Shown here: piece by piece, positions 43,723-55,157 of the stretch
How the letters are laid out: each line of letters starts with the position of its first letter
Position numbering within the stretch: position 1 is the stretch's first letter
Assembly: GCA_965261735.1 (NCBI GenBank)
Contig: OZ253470.1
Span: 1,696,001-1,760,000, forward strand
Origin: Alphaproteobacteria bacterium
GTDB lineage: Bacteria; Pseudomonadota; Alphaproteobacteria; SHVV01
Reading direction: 5' to 3'
DNA: 64,000 nt
Made by a program: the position numbers and the translations under genes
The notes under the pieces: generated by a model
Databases searched by the model: none
What the model was told of the DNA's origin: nothing
What the model saw: the letters and a program-made list of their open reading frames with translations, nothing else

Positions 43723-45087
43723 GTGGCCAACACTCGGATCTATTTCGGCACCGATGGTATTCGTGGGCTAGCCAACAGCGAACCCATGACCGCGGAGACG
43801 GCGCTCAAGGTCGGCGTCGCCGCGGGCAGCCAGTTTACCCGAGGCGCACACCGCCACCGCGTGGTCATTGGAAAGGACACGAGGCTTTCCGGCTATCTGC
43901 TCGAGCCGGCACTGACCGCCGGGTTCATTTCGGTCGGTATGGATGTGATCCTGGTCGGTCCGATGCCGACGCCCGGCGTCGCCATGTTGACGCGCAGCCT
44001 GCGCGCCGATCTTGGGGTCATGATCTCGGCCTCGCACAATCCTTATGAGGACAATGGAATCAAGCTCTTCGGGCCCGACGGTTACAAGTTGTCCGACGAC
44101 GTCGAAGTGGCCATCGAGGCGCGCATGCGCGGCGATGTGCACACGCGCGCCACGCCGGGGAAGCTGGGGCGGGCGCAGCGGCTCGATGACGCGGTCGGTC
44201 GCTATATCGAGTTCGCCAAGAACACCTTTCCGCGTGGCCAGACCCTCGAAGACCTCAAGATCGTGGTCGATTGCGCCAACGGTGCGGCCTACCGGTTCGC
44301 TCCCCCCGTACTGTGGGAGCTCGGGGCCACCGTCATCGCCCTCGGCGACGAGCCCGACGGCTTCAACATCAACAAGGATTGCGGCTCGCTGACGCCGCAG
44401 GCCATGCAGAGAATGGTGCTCGAGCAGGGGGCCGACGTCGGAATCGCGCTCGATGGCGATGCCGACCGCCTCGTCATGGCTGACGAACACGGCGAGCTGA
44501 TGGATGGAGACCAGCTGATGGCGCTGGTCGCGGCGTACTGGCAGCGCTCGGAGCGTCTTCGCGGCGGTGGCATCGTCGCGACGGTGATGTCGAACCTGGG
44601 GCTCGAGCGCTATCTCGCCGGCCTCGGCCTCGATCTCGCGCGAACGCCGGTCGGGGACCGCTACGTGGTCGACTACATGCGGGGCCACGGCTACAACGTG
44701 GGCGGCGAACAATCGGGCCACATTATCCTCAGCGACTTCGCCACGACGGGCGACGGCCTGATTGCCGCGCTGCAGATACTCGCCGTGATCGCCGCCGCGG
44801 GACGTCCGGTGAGCGAAGTCGGCCGCGTGTTCGAGCCGCTGCCGCAAACCCTGCGCAGCGTCCGTATCGGCAACGGGGGCCCCGGCGCGGCCAAGCCGCT
44901 GCACAAGGCGAGCGTGAAAAAGGCCGTGCGCGAGGGCGAGAGCCGACTCGGCGATCACGGGCGCGTCCTGGTGCGCGAATCGGGCACCGAGCTGGTCATT
45001 CGCGTCATGGCCGAGGGCGAGGACGCGGCCCTCGTCGCTGATGTGGTGGCCGACATCGTCGGCGCGCTCGAGCAGGCCGCCGGATGA
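43723..45087 (+). CDS. glmM: Phosphoglucosamine mutase
   Basis: [27 protein letters not shown]. Confidence 0.97.
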   Translation: MANTRIYFGTDGIRGLANSEPMTAETALKVGVAAGSQFTRGAHRHRVVIGKDTRLSGYLLEPALTAGFISVGMDVILVGPMPTPGVAMLTRSLRADLGVMISASHNPYEDNGIKLFGPDGYKLSDDVEVAIEARMRGDVHTRATPGKLGRAQRLDDAVGRYIEFAKNTFPRGQTLEDLKIVVDCANGAAYRFAPPVLWELGATVIALGDEPDGFNINKDCGSLTPQAMQRMVLEQGADVGIALDGDADRLVMADEHGELMDGDQLMALVAAYWQRSERLRGGGIVATVMSNLGLERYLAGLGLDLARTPVGDRYVVDYMRGHGYNVGGEQSGHIILSDFATTGDGLIAALQILAVIAAAGRPVSEVGRVFEPLPQTLRSVRIGNGGPGAAKPLHKASVKKAVREGESRLGDHGRVLVRESGTELVIRVMAEGEDAALVADVVADIVGALEQAAG

Positions 45088-45091
45088 GGTC

Positions 45092-45904
45092 ATGACGGGA
45101 GACTCGGGGGCGCCCGGCCGTGTCCTCCTCGTCGCCGGTTCCGATTCCGGCGGTGGTGCCGGAATCCAGGCCGACATCAAGACCGTCACCGCACTCGGCG
45201 GCTATGCGGCCACCGCGATCACGGCGCTGACCGCGCAGGACACCAACGCCGTACATGAGATCTTCGCGGTCCCGGCGGCGTTCGTTGCCCGCCAGATGGA
45301 GGTCGTGCTCGCCGACATCGGCGCCGACTGCATCAAGACCGGCATGCTGCACAACGCCGAGGTCATTACCGCGGTGGCCGACACGCTCGAGCGCGCGGCC
45401 GGCGATGTTCCGCTCGTCGTCGATCCCGTCATGGCGGCGAAGGGCGGGCACTTGCTGCTCGAGCCGGAGGCGAGCCAGGCGCTCAAGGCGCGGCTCTTTC
45501 TGCGCGCGACCATCGTCACGCCCAACATCGAGGAGGCGACGTTCCTGACCGGCGTGTCCATCGCCTCGCGCGAGGACATGACGCATGCCGCCGCTATGCT
45601 GCTAACGCTTGGACCTCAAGCCACGCTCGTCAAGGGCGGTCACCTTCCCGGCGATACCCTCTACGACGTGCTCGCCGGCGAGGACGGAATCGAGGTGTTC
45701 GAATCGCGGCGCATCGAGACACGCCACAACCACGGTACCGGATGCGCTCTGGCATCGGCCATCGCTATCGGGCTGGCGCAAGGCGCGAACGTGCGCGCTG
45801 CGGTGGTTCGTGCGCGCGCCTTCGTCCGCGCCGCGCTCGCCCACCCGCCGGGCTTCGGAGCCGGTCACGGCCCGCTCGATTTCACGCATACGGTGAGGCG
45901 GTAA
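45092..45904 (+). CDS. thiD: HMP/HMP-P kinase
   Basis: AGSDSGGGAGIQADIK, DPVM, HGTGC. Confidence 0.96.
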   Translation: MTGDSGAPGRVLLVAGSDSGGGAGIQADIKTVTALGGYAATAITALTAQDTNAVHEIFAVPAAFVARQMEVVLADIGADCIKTGMLHNAEVITAVADTLERAAGDVPLVVDPVMAAKGGHLLLEPEASQALKARLFLRATIVTPNIEEATFLTGVSIASREDMTHAAAMLLTLGPQATLVKGGHLPGDTLYDVLAGEDGIEVFESRRIETRHNHGTGCALASAIAIGLAQGANVRAAVVRARAFVRAALAHPPGFGAGHGPLDFTHTVRR

Positions 45905-46016
45905 CCGAGCGCGGCGCCGCCCCGCCGCGGAGGCTGGGCGGGTCGGCAAGTTAAGAAAGCGGGTATAAGTTCACACGAAACTGGGGCGGCGCGCAGCCGG
46001 CTGGGGGGCTCGTAGA

Positions 46017-47708
46017 ATGAGGCGGTTCGGAAGCGCGCTAGCCTTGAGCCTGGTTCTCGTGCTTGGGCTAGCCGCGGTGCAGGCCCAGGAGGTGCAGGTC
46101 GGGGTGACGGCGGCGGTCAACCCGGCGATCACGGGTAAGCCGCCGATCTCTGACAAGCGCGCGCTACTGGTCGGCACCAACGTCTTCCATGACGAACTCA
46201 TCGTGACCGAGGCCACGGGCCAGGCGCAGATGCTGTTCCTCGACGAATCGGCGCTGACCATCGGGCCCAACTCGGAAGTGGTGCTCGACGAGTACGTTTA
46301 CGACCCCGAGCAGAAGACGGGCCGGCTCGTGCTCAACGCGACCAAGGGCGTGTTCCGGCTGGTCGGCGGGCGTACCACCAAGAAGACGCCGGTGGTGCTG
46401 AACACGCCGACGGCGACGATCGGCATCCGCGGCGGCATCAGCATCATCAACGTGGCCGCGAACGGGGCGACGGACGCGACGTTCCTGTTCGGCGATTCGA
46501 TGTCGGTGACCAGCGGCGGCGTAACCAAGCAGGCGCTGCGGCCGGGCTATACGATCAGCGTGGCGGCACCGGACGCGGCACGCTCGGACCCCGCGCCGAC
46601 GACACCGGAGACGCTGAACGCGGCGCTCGGCTCGCTCGAGGGCTCGGGCGCGGCGACCGATGACGAGGGCGTCCCCCAGGACGAGGACGTGGCCGCGAGC
46701 GGCGTGGGCGAGCTCGGCTCTGACAATGATCCCGATGCGGTGGCCCCGGGCGGCGCAGGTTCGCCGGGCGACGCGGTGGCCGCGGCGGGCGCGACCGATA
46801 AGGCCGAGGGCACCGGCGACATCGACGAGACCAGCCAGTTGATCGTGACCGAGGAGATCGCGGGCGGCATCACCATCAGCGGCACCCTGGGAGGCCGCAT
46901 CAAGCACGCCACCAACCCGCTGCTCGGCACCGATGACACCAGCCCCTCGTTCAACCTCGCCTTCGCCGGCGCGACCGTCTCGAACGGCATTTTCGACGTC
47001 GAGATCGCGAGCCGCTTCACGGCACCGATTAAGGCCGGGAGCTTCACGGTCACAGCGACCGAGCAGCCCTTCGGCTCGGGCGTCCTGACCGGCAACGGCT
47101 TCCTCACCAGCGATCAGGAGTTCGTCATCTACGAGCTCACCGACCAGGGCGACGGCCACAAGATCGTCGGTTGGGCCGGCGTGCCGACGACGATCTTCCC
47201 GACGACCGGCGCCACCTTCTACAACTTCCGCCGCGACTTCGTGATGGACTCGGACGTCCCCTTCGTCTCCAAGGCTTCCGGCGGCAGCAGCATCAGCAAT
47301 CTCGACACGGCCGAGGCCGACGCGGCGATCTTTTGGGATACCAGCGGGTCGTCCTCCGCGCTGCGCCCGTTCGGTGCCCGCTTCGGCGGCCTCAGCGGCG
47401 AGGGCGCCAGCCAACAGTCGGTGATCAGCCTTTTCATCGGCGAAGTCAAGACCCTCAGTGGGGAGACCTTTATCCAAGGGCGTATGAGTGGCTCGTCGCG
47501 CGTCAGCGGCGAGGCGCGGAGTCATTTCCTTACCGCTCCTTTTGCCACCTCACATGATTGTGCCTCGCCGACAAACGACTTCTACGGCGGCACCTCGCCC
47601 GACTACTTCGTATTGGAGGGCGACCCCAACGTCATTGACCGGCTCGGTACCTCGGAAGTGCTGTCGCAACCAAACAGCATCGCGCTGGCCACCACCAACA
47701 CTCTCGGT
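46017..47708 (+). pseudogene. Secreted FecR-domain protein with long Gly/Ser/Thr-rich extension, truncated by IS
   Basis: Signal peptide; FLDES.LTIGPNS and TPTATIGIRG FecR motifs; ORF runs into the IS end and stops at 47747. Confidence 0.82.
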
Positions 47709-49354
47709 GGGTGTGGGTCTGGTATGGGTCTGGTATGGAGAATCTAAGTCATTGATTTAGTGCGTTTTTGTGTCGAGACGAACGGCCGAAAACGGCTATT
47801 CGTGACAATGGGCCGCTCCAAGGCAGGATTTTGTCACGACGGCAGGGTCGAGCAGGGGAAGGTGGGAACGCTCCGCACCGCCAGAAGCGGTACGATGCCG
47901 TGTCTCGAAACCCAACATCGGGAGCATTCCCATGGCAGTATCCCGCCTCCGGCGCCTTCGTCCATCGATCTTTCCGGCCTGCCTCCTCGGGTCGTCGAGG
48001 CGGCCGCCCGGGTGCTCGCACTGTGTCGCGAGGAGCTTCGTTCCGAGCCGCGCCCCGAGGCGCCCGAGGAGGTCGAGTTGCGGGTGCGTGAGGCCACGAA
48101 CGAGTTCGCTCGCGATGTCATGGGCGCCGTCATCGAGAACCGGGACGATGGCGCTTCCCGGATCGAGCGGGACGGGCAGAGCTGGTTCCGGGTCGCGGTG
48201 ACGCCGAAGACGATCATGACCTCGCTCGCCTACCGGCGAGCGCGTTACCGCAGCGGCGCGAGCGGGGCATCGCCGGTGGCCGGTCGACGAGAGCCTGGGC
48301 CTCGTCGACGATTACCTGACGCGGCCGGCGGCCGAACTCGGTCTGCTGATGATGGGTCGCTGCACGGCCCGGGAAGCGGCGGCGTTCTTTGCGAAGACCG
48401 GCGCCATGACGCCGTCGGTGAGCGCCTGACCCTGAGCATTCACGAATGCTGGGAGAGCCTCGGCCCGGAGACGCTGGGCAGCATCCGTGAGGCCGAGGGC
48501 ATACCGCAGGACGCGACCACCGCCTCGGTCTCCCTCGACGGCGTCATGGTGCCGCTGAGACCCGGCGAGGACGGTCGCGCCAAGGCCTCCTGGCGCGAGG
48601 CCGCCTGCGGCACGGTCTCCTTCCACGACGCCGAGGGCAAGCGCCTGAAGACCCTCTATCTCGGCCCCATGCCGGAGAGCGGCAAGCTCACGCTGAAGGC
48701 GCAGCTTGCAAGCGAAGTCGCACACATCAGGCGAGCACGCCCCGAGATCGGGATCGTCGCTATCGCCGATGGCGCCGCCGACAACTGGACCTTCCTGGAG
48801 ACCCTGTCGCCCGAAACCGAGGTGATCGACTTCTGGCATGCTTGCGAACATCTGCAAACCGCGTCCGACCATGCCGTGGCGCCCGGCTGGTTCGAGAAGT
48901 ACCGCGAGATCCTCCGTCACGATCCCCGTGGCGTCGCCAAGGTGATCCGGGCGCTGCGCCACCTTCGCGATGCCGCCGCTGCGCCGGACCGGGCCGAGAC
49001 CGAGCGGGAACTCGCCTTCTTCCGCAAGCATCGCCATCGCATGCGCTACCACGCCCTGAAGGAAGAGGGCATCGCCATCGGCTCAGGCGTGGTCGAGGCT
49101 GCCAACAAGATCCCTGGTGACACAGCGCATGAAGCGCTCCGGCATGCGCTGGCGGATCGTCGGCGGACAGGCTGTTCTGACCTTCCGCGCCCTGATCAAA
49201 TCCGGCCGCTTCGAGCGCGCATGGAAGGCCCTGATCAGCGCAACCGACACACCGGCCAACGACAACATCAGTCCACGTGCAGCAGCCATGGCAATCGCTG
49301 CCTGAACTCAACGAACCAAGCCGCAGACATCACTGCCATGCGAGACTCGCACCC
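47709..49354 (+). mobile_element. ISKra4/ISLre2-like element, degenerate
   Basis: Imperfect 19-bp TIRs GGGTGTGGGTCTGGTATGG / CCATGCGAGACTCGCACCC (15/19); no TSD; 11-bp tandem duplication and IHF-consensus site (AATCAAtgacTTA, minus strand) in left end. Confidence 0.8.
47895..49305 (+). pseudogene. Frameshifted ISKra4-like transposase
   Basis: SLDGVM, IADGA..NW, DFWHACEHL, IGSGVVEA, RMKRSGMRW; frame changes near 48280, 48420 and 49112. Confidence 0.82.
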
Positions 49355-49855
49355 GGTGCATCGGCGTTTGGGAAAGGTCGCTGACGCCCGGCAAATACTA
49401 CATCAACCAGCGCGCCTTCACGGTCACGATGGTGGATACCCGCGTCCAGACCTGGGAGTACAAGGGCGGCTATCGCAGACGGATCATCGATCTTAGCGTG
49501 AACCAGAAGGGCGATATCGCCCAATCCGAGCGGTCGGAAACGATCAGCGTCCCCAGTAGCGCTGTTGGTGATGCGTTGCTGGTCAAGGTCGAGGGGTGGG
49601 ACGTCCGCCAAGAGCTTCGCGTTCTGGTTCAGGTCACGCCCGAGAATGCGCCCTATGTCGTTGCCTCTGTCGGAACTCTCGAGGACGTTGAAACGCGCAT
49701 CCTCACCCCCGCCATCCGTTCCGTGGTCCGGAACGTATTGGGCAGCACGATCCATCTGTCGAGACCGGTCACGGACAGCGAGGGCAATACCTTGCTGGAC
49801 AGCAGCGGTAATCCGAGATTCGAGACGGTCAGGCGTCCTACGGTGGTCATCAATG
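49355..49855 (+). pseudogene. Internal fragment of an SPFH/band-7-like protein
   Basis: GVWERSLTPGKYYIN...VQVTPENAP.VVASVG...ILTPAIRSVVRN; bounded by an IS on each side. Confidence 0.65.
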
Positions 49856-50960
49856 CTTGCCTATCCGGTTTACACCCACACCCACTAGGGCTAGAATGGG
49901 CGCAACCCGGATATAGGGGAGCGCGCCATGGATGTTCTCGACCGCGCCGATCTCCCATTCCCGCATTCGCTACCCGAGTTCCAGCGACTTTTCCCCGATG
50001 ATGCGGCCTGCGCCGCCTACCTGGAGAAAGCCCGCTGGGGAGACGGCTTTGCCTGCCCGCACTGCGGCACGGCGGGAGAGCCGTTCCACTTTGAAAACCG
50101 CCCTGGCGTCCTGCGCTGCCGCAAGTGCCGCCAGAACACCGGGCTGACGGTGGGAACAGTGATGGAGCGTAGCCACACTCCGCTGAACGTCTGGTTCTGG
50201 GCCGCTTATCTGGTCGCCAGTCAGACGCCCGGCATGTCCGCCGTGCAGTTTCAGCGGCAACTTGGTCTTTCGCGCTACGAGACGGCCTTTCAAATTCTCC
50301 ACAAGCTCCGCTCGGGCATGGTGCGGCCCAACCAAGACAGGATCGGTGGACAGCCCAAGAACCATGTTGAGGTGGACGAAACCTGGGTTGGCGGGCGAAC
50401 GCGTGGGGAAGGCCGTGGTGTTCACCACAAGGTTCCCGTCTCCTGTGCCATCGAGGTGCGTCATCGAAAGCCGGGCACCAAGCTCGACAACCGGAAAGAC
50501 GGACGCTATGCCGGACGCGTTCGGCTCGCCGTCGTGCTCGACCGTAGCGCCGAGTCGCTCTGTGGGTTCGTCGAGAGCACCGTCGCGCCGCGATCGCTGA
50601 TCGTTACTGACGATTGGAGCGGCTATGCTGGCCTCGGTAAGCGCGGCTATGAGCACTTCGCTGTTGCCGAGTGTGGTGATCCAGAGGTTGCCGAGCAATA
50701 CCTGCCGATCATCCATCTGGTTTTCGCCAACCTGAAGACGTGGCTGATCGGTATCCACCACGGCGTTAGCCACCAGCACCTACAAGCCTACCTCAACGAG
50801 TTCACCTTCCGCTTCAACAGGCGGTTCTACCCGTTCAACGCCTTCCGCTCATTGCTCGGCATCGCGGGCGACACCTCTGCTCCAACCTATGCCGAGCTTT
50901 ACTCGGGAGAGTGGCGGCACCCTACATGTAGCGGTCATGGGCGTTAACCGGACAGGCAAG
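49856..50960 (+). mobile_element. IS1595-family element A, copy 2
   Basis: TIR CTTGCCT(A/G)TCCGGTT; flanks CATCAATG / CCTTGAGG do not match. Confidence 0.95.
49928..50947 (+). CDS. IS1595-family transposase
   Basis: CPHC..CRKC, VEVDETWVGG, VTDDW, YLNEFTFRFNRR. Confidence 0.94.
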   Translation: MDVLDRADLPFPHSLPEFQRLFPDDAACAAYLEKARWGDGFACPHCGTAGEPFHFENRPGVLRCRKCRQNTGLTVGTVMERSHTPLNVWFWAAYLVASQTPGMSAVQFQRQLGLSRYETAFQILHKLRSGMVRPNQDRIGGQPKNHVEVDETWVGGRTRGEGRGVHHKVPVSCAIEVRHRKPGTKLDNRKDGRYAGRVRLAVVLDRSAESLCGFVESTVAPRSLIVTDDWSGYAGLGKRGYEHFAVAECGDPEVAEQYLPIIHLVFANLKTWLIGIHHGVSHQHLQAYLNEFTFRFNRRFYPFNAFRSLLGIAGDTSAPTYAELYSGEWRHPTCSGHGR

Positions 50961-50987
50961 CCTTGAGGCTGGTTAGGTGCAAGTAGA

Positions 50988-52381
50988 GGTTGTGTCTCGA
51001 AAGTGGTGGAAATTGGTTTTGGCGCCTCTCCGAGCGGGTTGAGTTTTGCGGCGGTCAGGCTGCGCGGTCAAGGGTTTCGTCGGCGATTAGCTGATCGAGG
51101 GTTTCCCATCCATCGACTTTGCGCATCTGGATTTGGCCGGAAGCGAGGAGTGCCCAGAGGAGCATCGGCACTGTTTCGGGACACGGCAGCACGGTCTGTG
51201 TTTTGATCCGGCGCTTGAACTCCTCGTTGAGACGCTCAATGGCGTTGGTCGTTCGGGCTGATTTCCATTGGCTCTTGGACAGGCGCGTGAAGGTAAAGAG
51301 CTTGTCGCCCGCTTCTGCGAGGCTGTCCGCGACGGCCCTGCATTTCAGCCGCCACTTGCGGACAAACGCCTTGCGGCGGGTTTCCACCTCGGAGGCAGTG
51401 TCGGCATAGATCATATCGCGGTAATCTTCGCTCAGCTCGTCATGCATGTGTTTGGGAGCATGACCCAGAAGGTTGCGGTGCTTGTGCACGGTGCAGCGTT
51501 GAACGGGAAGGTCATCGCCCCAAAGCGCCGACAGAGCCGCCTCCAGTCCCGGCGCGCCATCGACGATGACAAACCCGGGCCGTTTCAGTCCACGCGCATC
51601 AAGGTCGTCGAGGAACTGGCGCCACGCCGCCTGGCTTTCTCCGCCCATATTCCCGATCGAAAGCAAGACCTTCTGGCCATCCCGGCGCACCCCTATAGCC
51701 GCGAGAACCGAGATGTTGGTGGCCTTGCGGTCCAGTCGGGTCTTGATCACAGTGCCGTCAAGGATCAGCCGAACGATATCCTCATCCGCGAGGCCACGGC
51801 TGCACCAGGCGTCCCAATCGACCTTCACCTTGCGCCACGCCCGGCTCACAACGTCCTTGCTCACAGCACCCCGGAAGAGCCCGAACAGCGCGCGTTTCAC
51901 CCGCCGCGTGTTGGTTCCGGACAGATACACCGAAGCGATCAGCGCCTCGGCCTTTCTGGTCAGCCGCTGGTAGCGCGGCAGCGCCCGCGAACGCCATTCC
52001 GACGCCCGACCGTCTTCCTCAACGATCCGCGCACGCGGCACGCTCACCCTCTCGGTCCCGAATGTCCCCGTCAGTTGCCGCTCCCGGTGCCCGTTCCGAT
52101 ACCCTTGCCGAAGCGCGTCCTCTCGACCGTATCGGCAGCGCCCGAGAAACTGCGCAAGTTCCTCCTCAAAAACGGCCTCGATCGTGGATCTGATGTTCTC
52201 CCGCAGCCGGTCCTCGAGCGGATCATAGCCGGCGTCATTGGCCAGTAGCGAAAGCGCGGAAGTCTCGGTAGTGTTCTTCATGGCGTGATCTCCTTGGCGG
52301 TGCTAGCCGCCGATTGGGTGGTTGTCTTGTCACCCGGAGATTACGCCATCCTCAAATTTCCACCACTTTCGAGACACAGCC
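50988..52381 (-). mobile_element. IS256-family element B (complete)
   Basis: 27-bp TIR GG(T/C)TGTGTCTCGAAAGTGGTGGAAATT; 8-bp TSD CAAGTAGA at 50980-50987 and 52382-52389. Confidence 0.96.
51055..52281 (-). CDS. IS256-family transposase
   Basis: YRNGHR, ILDGT, VDG, QRCTVHKHRN, TTNAIERLN. Confidence 0.94.
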   Translation of the reverse strand: MKNTTETSALSLLANDAGYDPLEDRLRENIRSTIEAVFEEELAQFLGRCRYGREDALRQGYRNGHRERQLTGTFGTERVSVPRARIVEEDGRASEWRSRALPRYQRLTRKAEALIASVYLSGTNTRRVKRALFGLFRGAVSKDVVSRAWRKVKVDWDAWCSRGLADEDIVRLILDGTVIKTRLDRKATNISVLAAIGVRRDGQKVLLSIGNMGGESQAAWRQFLDDLDARGLKRPGFVIVDGAPGLEAALSALWGDDLPVQRCTVHKHRNLLGHAPKHMHDELSEDYRDMIYADTASEVETRRKAFVRKWRLKCRAVADSLAEAGDKLFTFTRLSKSQWKSARTTNAIERLNEEFKRRIKTQTVLPCPETVPMLLWALLASGQIQMRKVDGWETLDQLIADETLDRAA

Positions 52382-52714
52382 CAAGTAGATAGCAAAGACC
52401 CACTTGCGGAGAGGGATATGCGACTTGTGCATCACTGTCCCGGTCTTGACCGAGAAGTAGCCGCGACAGTCCGAGCACCGATAGGGCATGTTGTTATGGC
52501 CGGCCTCGTGGGTGTGTGTGCTCCCACAGTGGGGGCAATGCCTACCGCTTGGCCAGACACGGGCCTCAAACCACTCGCGCGCGCTTCCCTCGGTGGGAAA
52601 CATGTCGCAAAGCTGCACTAGAGTGATGCCTTCACGGTCTGATTTTCCTGGAGATTGATGGGCCATTGATCTCGTCTCCCTATGCTCTGAATATAGGGAT
52701 TCATGGGCCCCATG

Positions 52715-54295
52715 TCAATACAAGCTTATAAGCCCCTTTTTTTGCCAGCGGCGGTCGACGGAGGAGGGGATGCGCATCGCCTCGCGGTACTTGGCCACCG
52801 TACGCCTGGCGATTTCGATGCTGGCGCTGTGCAAGATTTCGACAATCTTATCGTCCGACAGAACCGCCCCGGGTGATTCGTTGTCGATGAGGTCACGGAT
52901 GCGATGGCGCACGGATTCGGCGGAGTGGGCCTCGCCGCCGGCCGATGAGGGGATCGCGGAGGTAAAGAAGTACTTCATCGGATAGATGCCGCGCGGCGTG
53001 GCGATGTACTTGTTGGAGGTGACGCGGCTCACGGTGCTCTCGTGCATCTCGATGACCTGCGCGATGTCGCGCAAGTTCAGCGGCCGCAGGTGATCGACGC
53101 CGTGGGTGAGGAATCTGTCCTGCTGCGCCACCAACTCGGTCGCGACCTTGAGGATCGTGTTGGCGCGCTGGTCGAGCGACTTGAGGAGCCAGCTCGCGGA
53201 CTGGAACTGTTCGGTAATGTAGGTCTTGTCCGCCTGGCTCTTGGCGAGGCCGTTGATGCGCCCGTAGTAGGTGTGGTTGACTAGGAATCTGGGCAGGGTG
53301 TCGCTATTGAGCTCGATATGCCAACCGCCGTCGGTCGCGGGCCGTACGAACACGTCGGGCGTTACCGTCTGAATCGTCTCGTTGTGGAACGCGAGCCCGG
53401 GTTTGGGGTTGAGAGTGCGGATCTCGGCCAGCATGTCGTCGATGTCGTCGGTATCGACGCCGCACAGCTTGACCAGCGCGTTCGTGTCCCGGTGGGCGAC
53501 CAGGTCGAGATGCTCGAGGAGCGTCGCCATTGCCGGATCGAGGCGGTCGCGGTCCTTCAGCTGCAGCGCCAAGCACTCCGCGAGGTTGCGCGCGAGCACC
53601 CCGGGCGGGTCGAACTCCTGCAGCTTTGCCAGCGTGTCTTCGACCCGGGTCAGCTCGCAGCCGACGCGCTCGGCGATCGACTCGAGGTCGCCGGTGAGAT
53701 AGCCGGCGTCGTCGAGCAGGTCGATCAGATTGGCGCCGATCAGCCGGTCGACCGGATCGACGACGTCGACATTGAGCTGGCCGGTCAGATGCTCCCTGAG
53801 GCTGATGGCGCGGCTCAGGCTCTGCTCGAAGCCGCCGTCGTCGAAGGTATGCGAGCCGCCGCGCCCCGCCGGTTGACCGCCCGCGTAGTTTGCGTCGTAT
53901 CCGGCTTCGGGACTGGCCGGGGCGGCCACCGGCTCTTCGCCTCCGTAGGCGGTCGCGTAGTCGACGTCGAGCGGCGCGTCATTGTCGGCCGGCATCGTTT
54001 CGCGATCCGAGAGCTGGGCGCTGTCAGGCGGCGTCACCTCGGCGTCGCCGGCCGCGCGGTCCCCGGCCTCGCCGCCGCCTTCTGATCCCGCCGCTGCTTC
54101 CTCGCCGCCGCCGGGCTCGGCCTCGTCACGCTCGGGCTCCTGGTGCTCGAGCAGCGGGTTACGCTCCAGCTCCTGCTCGACGTAGGCGGCGAGTTCGAGG
54201 TTAGACAGTTGCAGCAGCTTGATCGCCTGCTGCAACTGCGGCGTCATGACCAGCGTCTGGCTCTGTCGCAGCTCCTGCTTGGGGGTCAGCGCCAT
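52715..54295 (-). CDS. rpoN: RNA polymerase sigma-54 factor
   Basis: MTPQLQQAIKLLQL, HESTVSR, ARRTVAKYRE; last 6 codons and stop are IS-derived. Confidence 0.97.
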   Translation of the reverse strand: MALTPKQELRQSQTLVMTPQLQQAIKLLQLSNLELAAYVEQELERNPLLEHQEPERDEAEPGGGEEAAAGSEGGGEAGDRAAGDAEVTPPDSAQLSDRETMPADNDAPLDVDYATAYGGEEPVAAPASPEAGYDANYAGGQPAGRGGSHTFDDGGFEQSLSRAISLREHLTGQLNVDVVDPVDRLIGANLIDLLDDAGYLTGDLESIAERVGCELTRVEDTLAKLQEFDPPGVLARNLAECLALQLKDRDRLDPAMATLLEHLDLVAHRDTNALVKLCGVDTDDIDDMLAEIRTLNPKPGLAFHNETIQTVTPDVFVRPATDGGWHIELNSDTLPRFLVNHTYYGRINGLAKSQADKTYITEQFQSASWLLKSLDQRANTILKVATELVAQQDRFLTHGVDHLRPLNLRDIAQVIEMHESTVSRVTSNKYIATPRGIYPMKYFFTSAIPSSAGGEAHSAESVRHRIRDLIDNESPGAVLSDDKIVEILHSASIEIARRTVAKYREAMRIPSSVDRRWQKKGLISLY

Positions 54296-54307
54296 GACGG
54301 TGGCCGT

Positions 54308-55054
54308 TTAAAGCCTGAAGCGATCCCCCAGATAGACGCGCCGAACGTCCTCATGGGTGACGATCTCCGAGGGCACGCCCTCCATGAGCACGCGACCCTC
54401 GTGGAGGATGTACGCGCGGTCGATAATGTCCAGGGTTTCGCGCACGTTGTGATCGGTGATCAGCACGCCGATGCCGCGGTCCTTCAAGTGCGAGACGAGG
54501 TCGCGGATGCCGCCGACAGCGATCGGGTCGATCCCCGAGAGGGGCTCGTCGAGCAGCATGAAGCTGGGCCGCGACGCCAGCGCGCGGGCGATTTCGACTC
54601 GCCGGCGCTCGCCGCCCGAAAGGCTGAGCACCGGAGTCGTTCGAAGATGGCTGATGGAAAACTCGCCGAGCAGATCCTCGAGCATGACCTCGCGCTTGTC
54701 GCGCACCGGCTCGACCACCTCGAGCACCGCCCGAATGTTGTTCTCTACCGAGAGGCCGCGGAAGATCGAGGCTTCCTGCGGCAAGTAACCGATCCCGAGG
54801 CGGGCGCGACGGTACATCGGCAGATCGGTCACATCGTGCCCATCGAGCGCGATGCGCCCGTAGTCGGGCATGATCAGTCCGGTGATGATATAGAAGCACG
54901 TCGTTTTTCCGGCACCATTTGGGCCCAACAATCCAACCGCCTCGCCCCGATTGACGGACACGCTCACGTCGCGCAAGACAGGGCGCTTGCGAAAGCGCTT
55001 GCCGAGATTCTGGGCCGTCAGGCCACGATTGTCAGCCACCAGCTGAGGCCCCAT
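54308..55054 (-). CDS. lptB: LPS export ABC ATPase
   Basis: [30 protein letters not shown]. Confidence 0.96.
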   Translation of the reverse strand: MGPQLVADNRGLTAQNLGKRFRKRPVLRDVSVSVNRGEAVGLLGPNGAGKTTCFYIITGLIMPDYGRIALDGHDVTDLPMYRRARLGIGYLPQEASIFRGLSVENNIRAVLEVVEPVRDKREVMLEDLLGEFSISHLRTTPVLSLSGGERRRVEIARALASRPSFMLLDEPLSGIDPIAVGGIRDLVSHLKDRGIGVLITDHNVRETLDIIDRAYILHEGRVLMEGVPSEIVTHEDVRRVYLGDRFRL

Positions 55055-55157
55055 GGACGACTCGTCGCTCGGCTCGCCTAACTTGGTACGGTTATTGCTG
55101 CTAAGCATTAACAAATCGTTGAGAAGTTGGGTGTGGCGCGTTCACCATTCGCCCCGT

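Larger units (their letters stand above)
50961..52736 (-). mobile_element. IS1595-family element B remnant (left end + transposase 5' part from 52666), interrupted by IS256 and cut by element A
   Basis: End GGGGCTTATAAGCTTGTATTGACA at 52736-52713; TTGACA-17-TATATT promoter; Zn ribbon; WVFAIYL continues as HLTSLK beyond the IS256. Confidence 0.88.

Noticed and set aside
47760-49496. Intact 578-aa transposase
   Set aside because: Compensating frameshifts scramble 48280-48420, and the conserved RMKRSGMRW tail is in another frame
55108-55121. IHF-like site upstream of lptB-rpoN
   Set aside because: One mismatch to a degenerate consensus, with no supporting evidence
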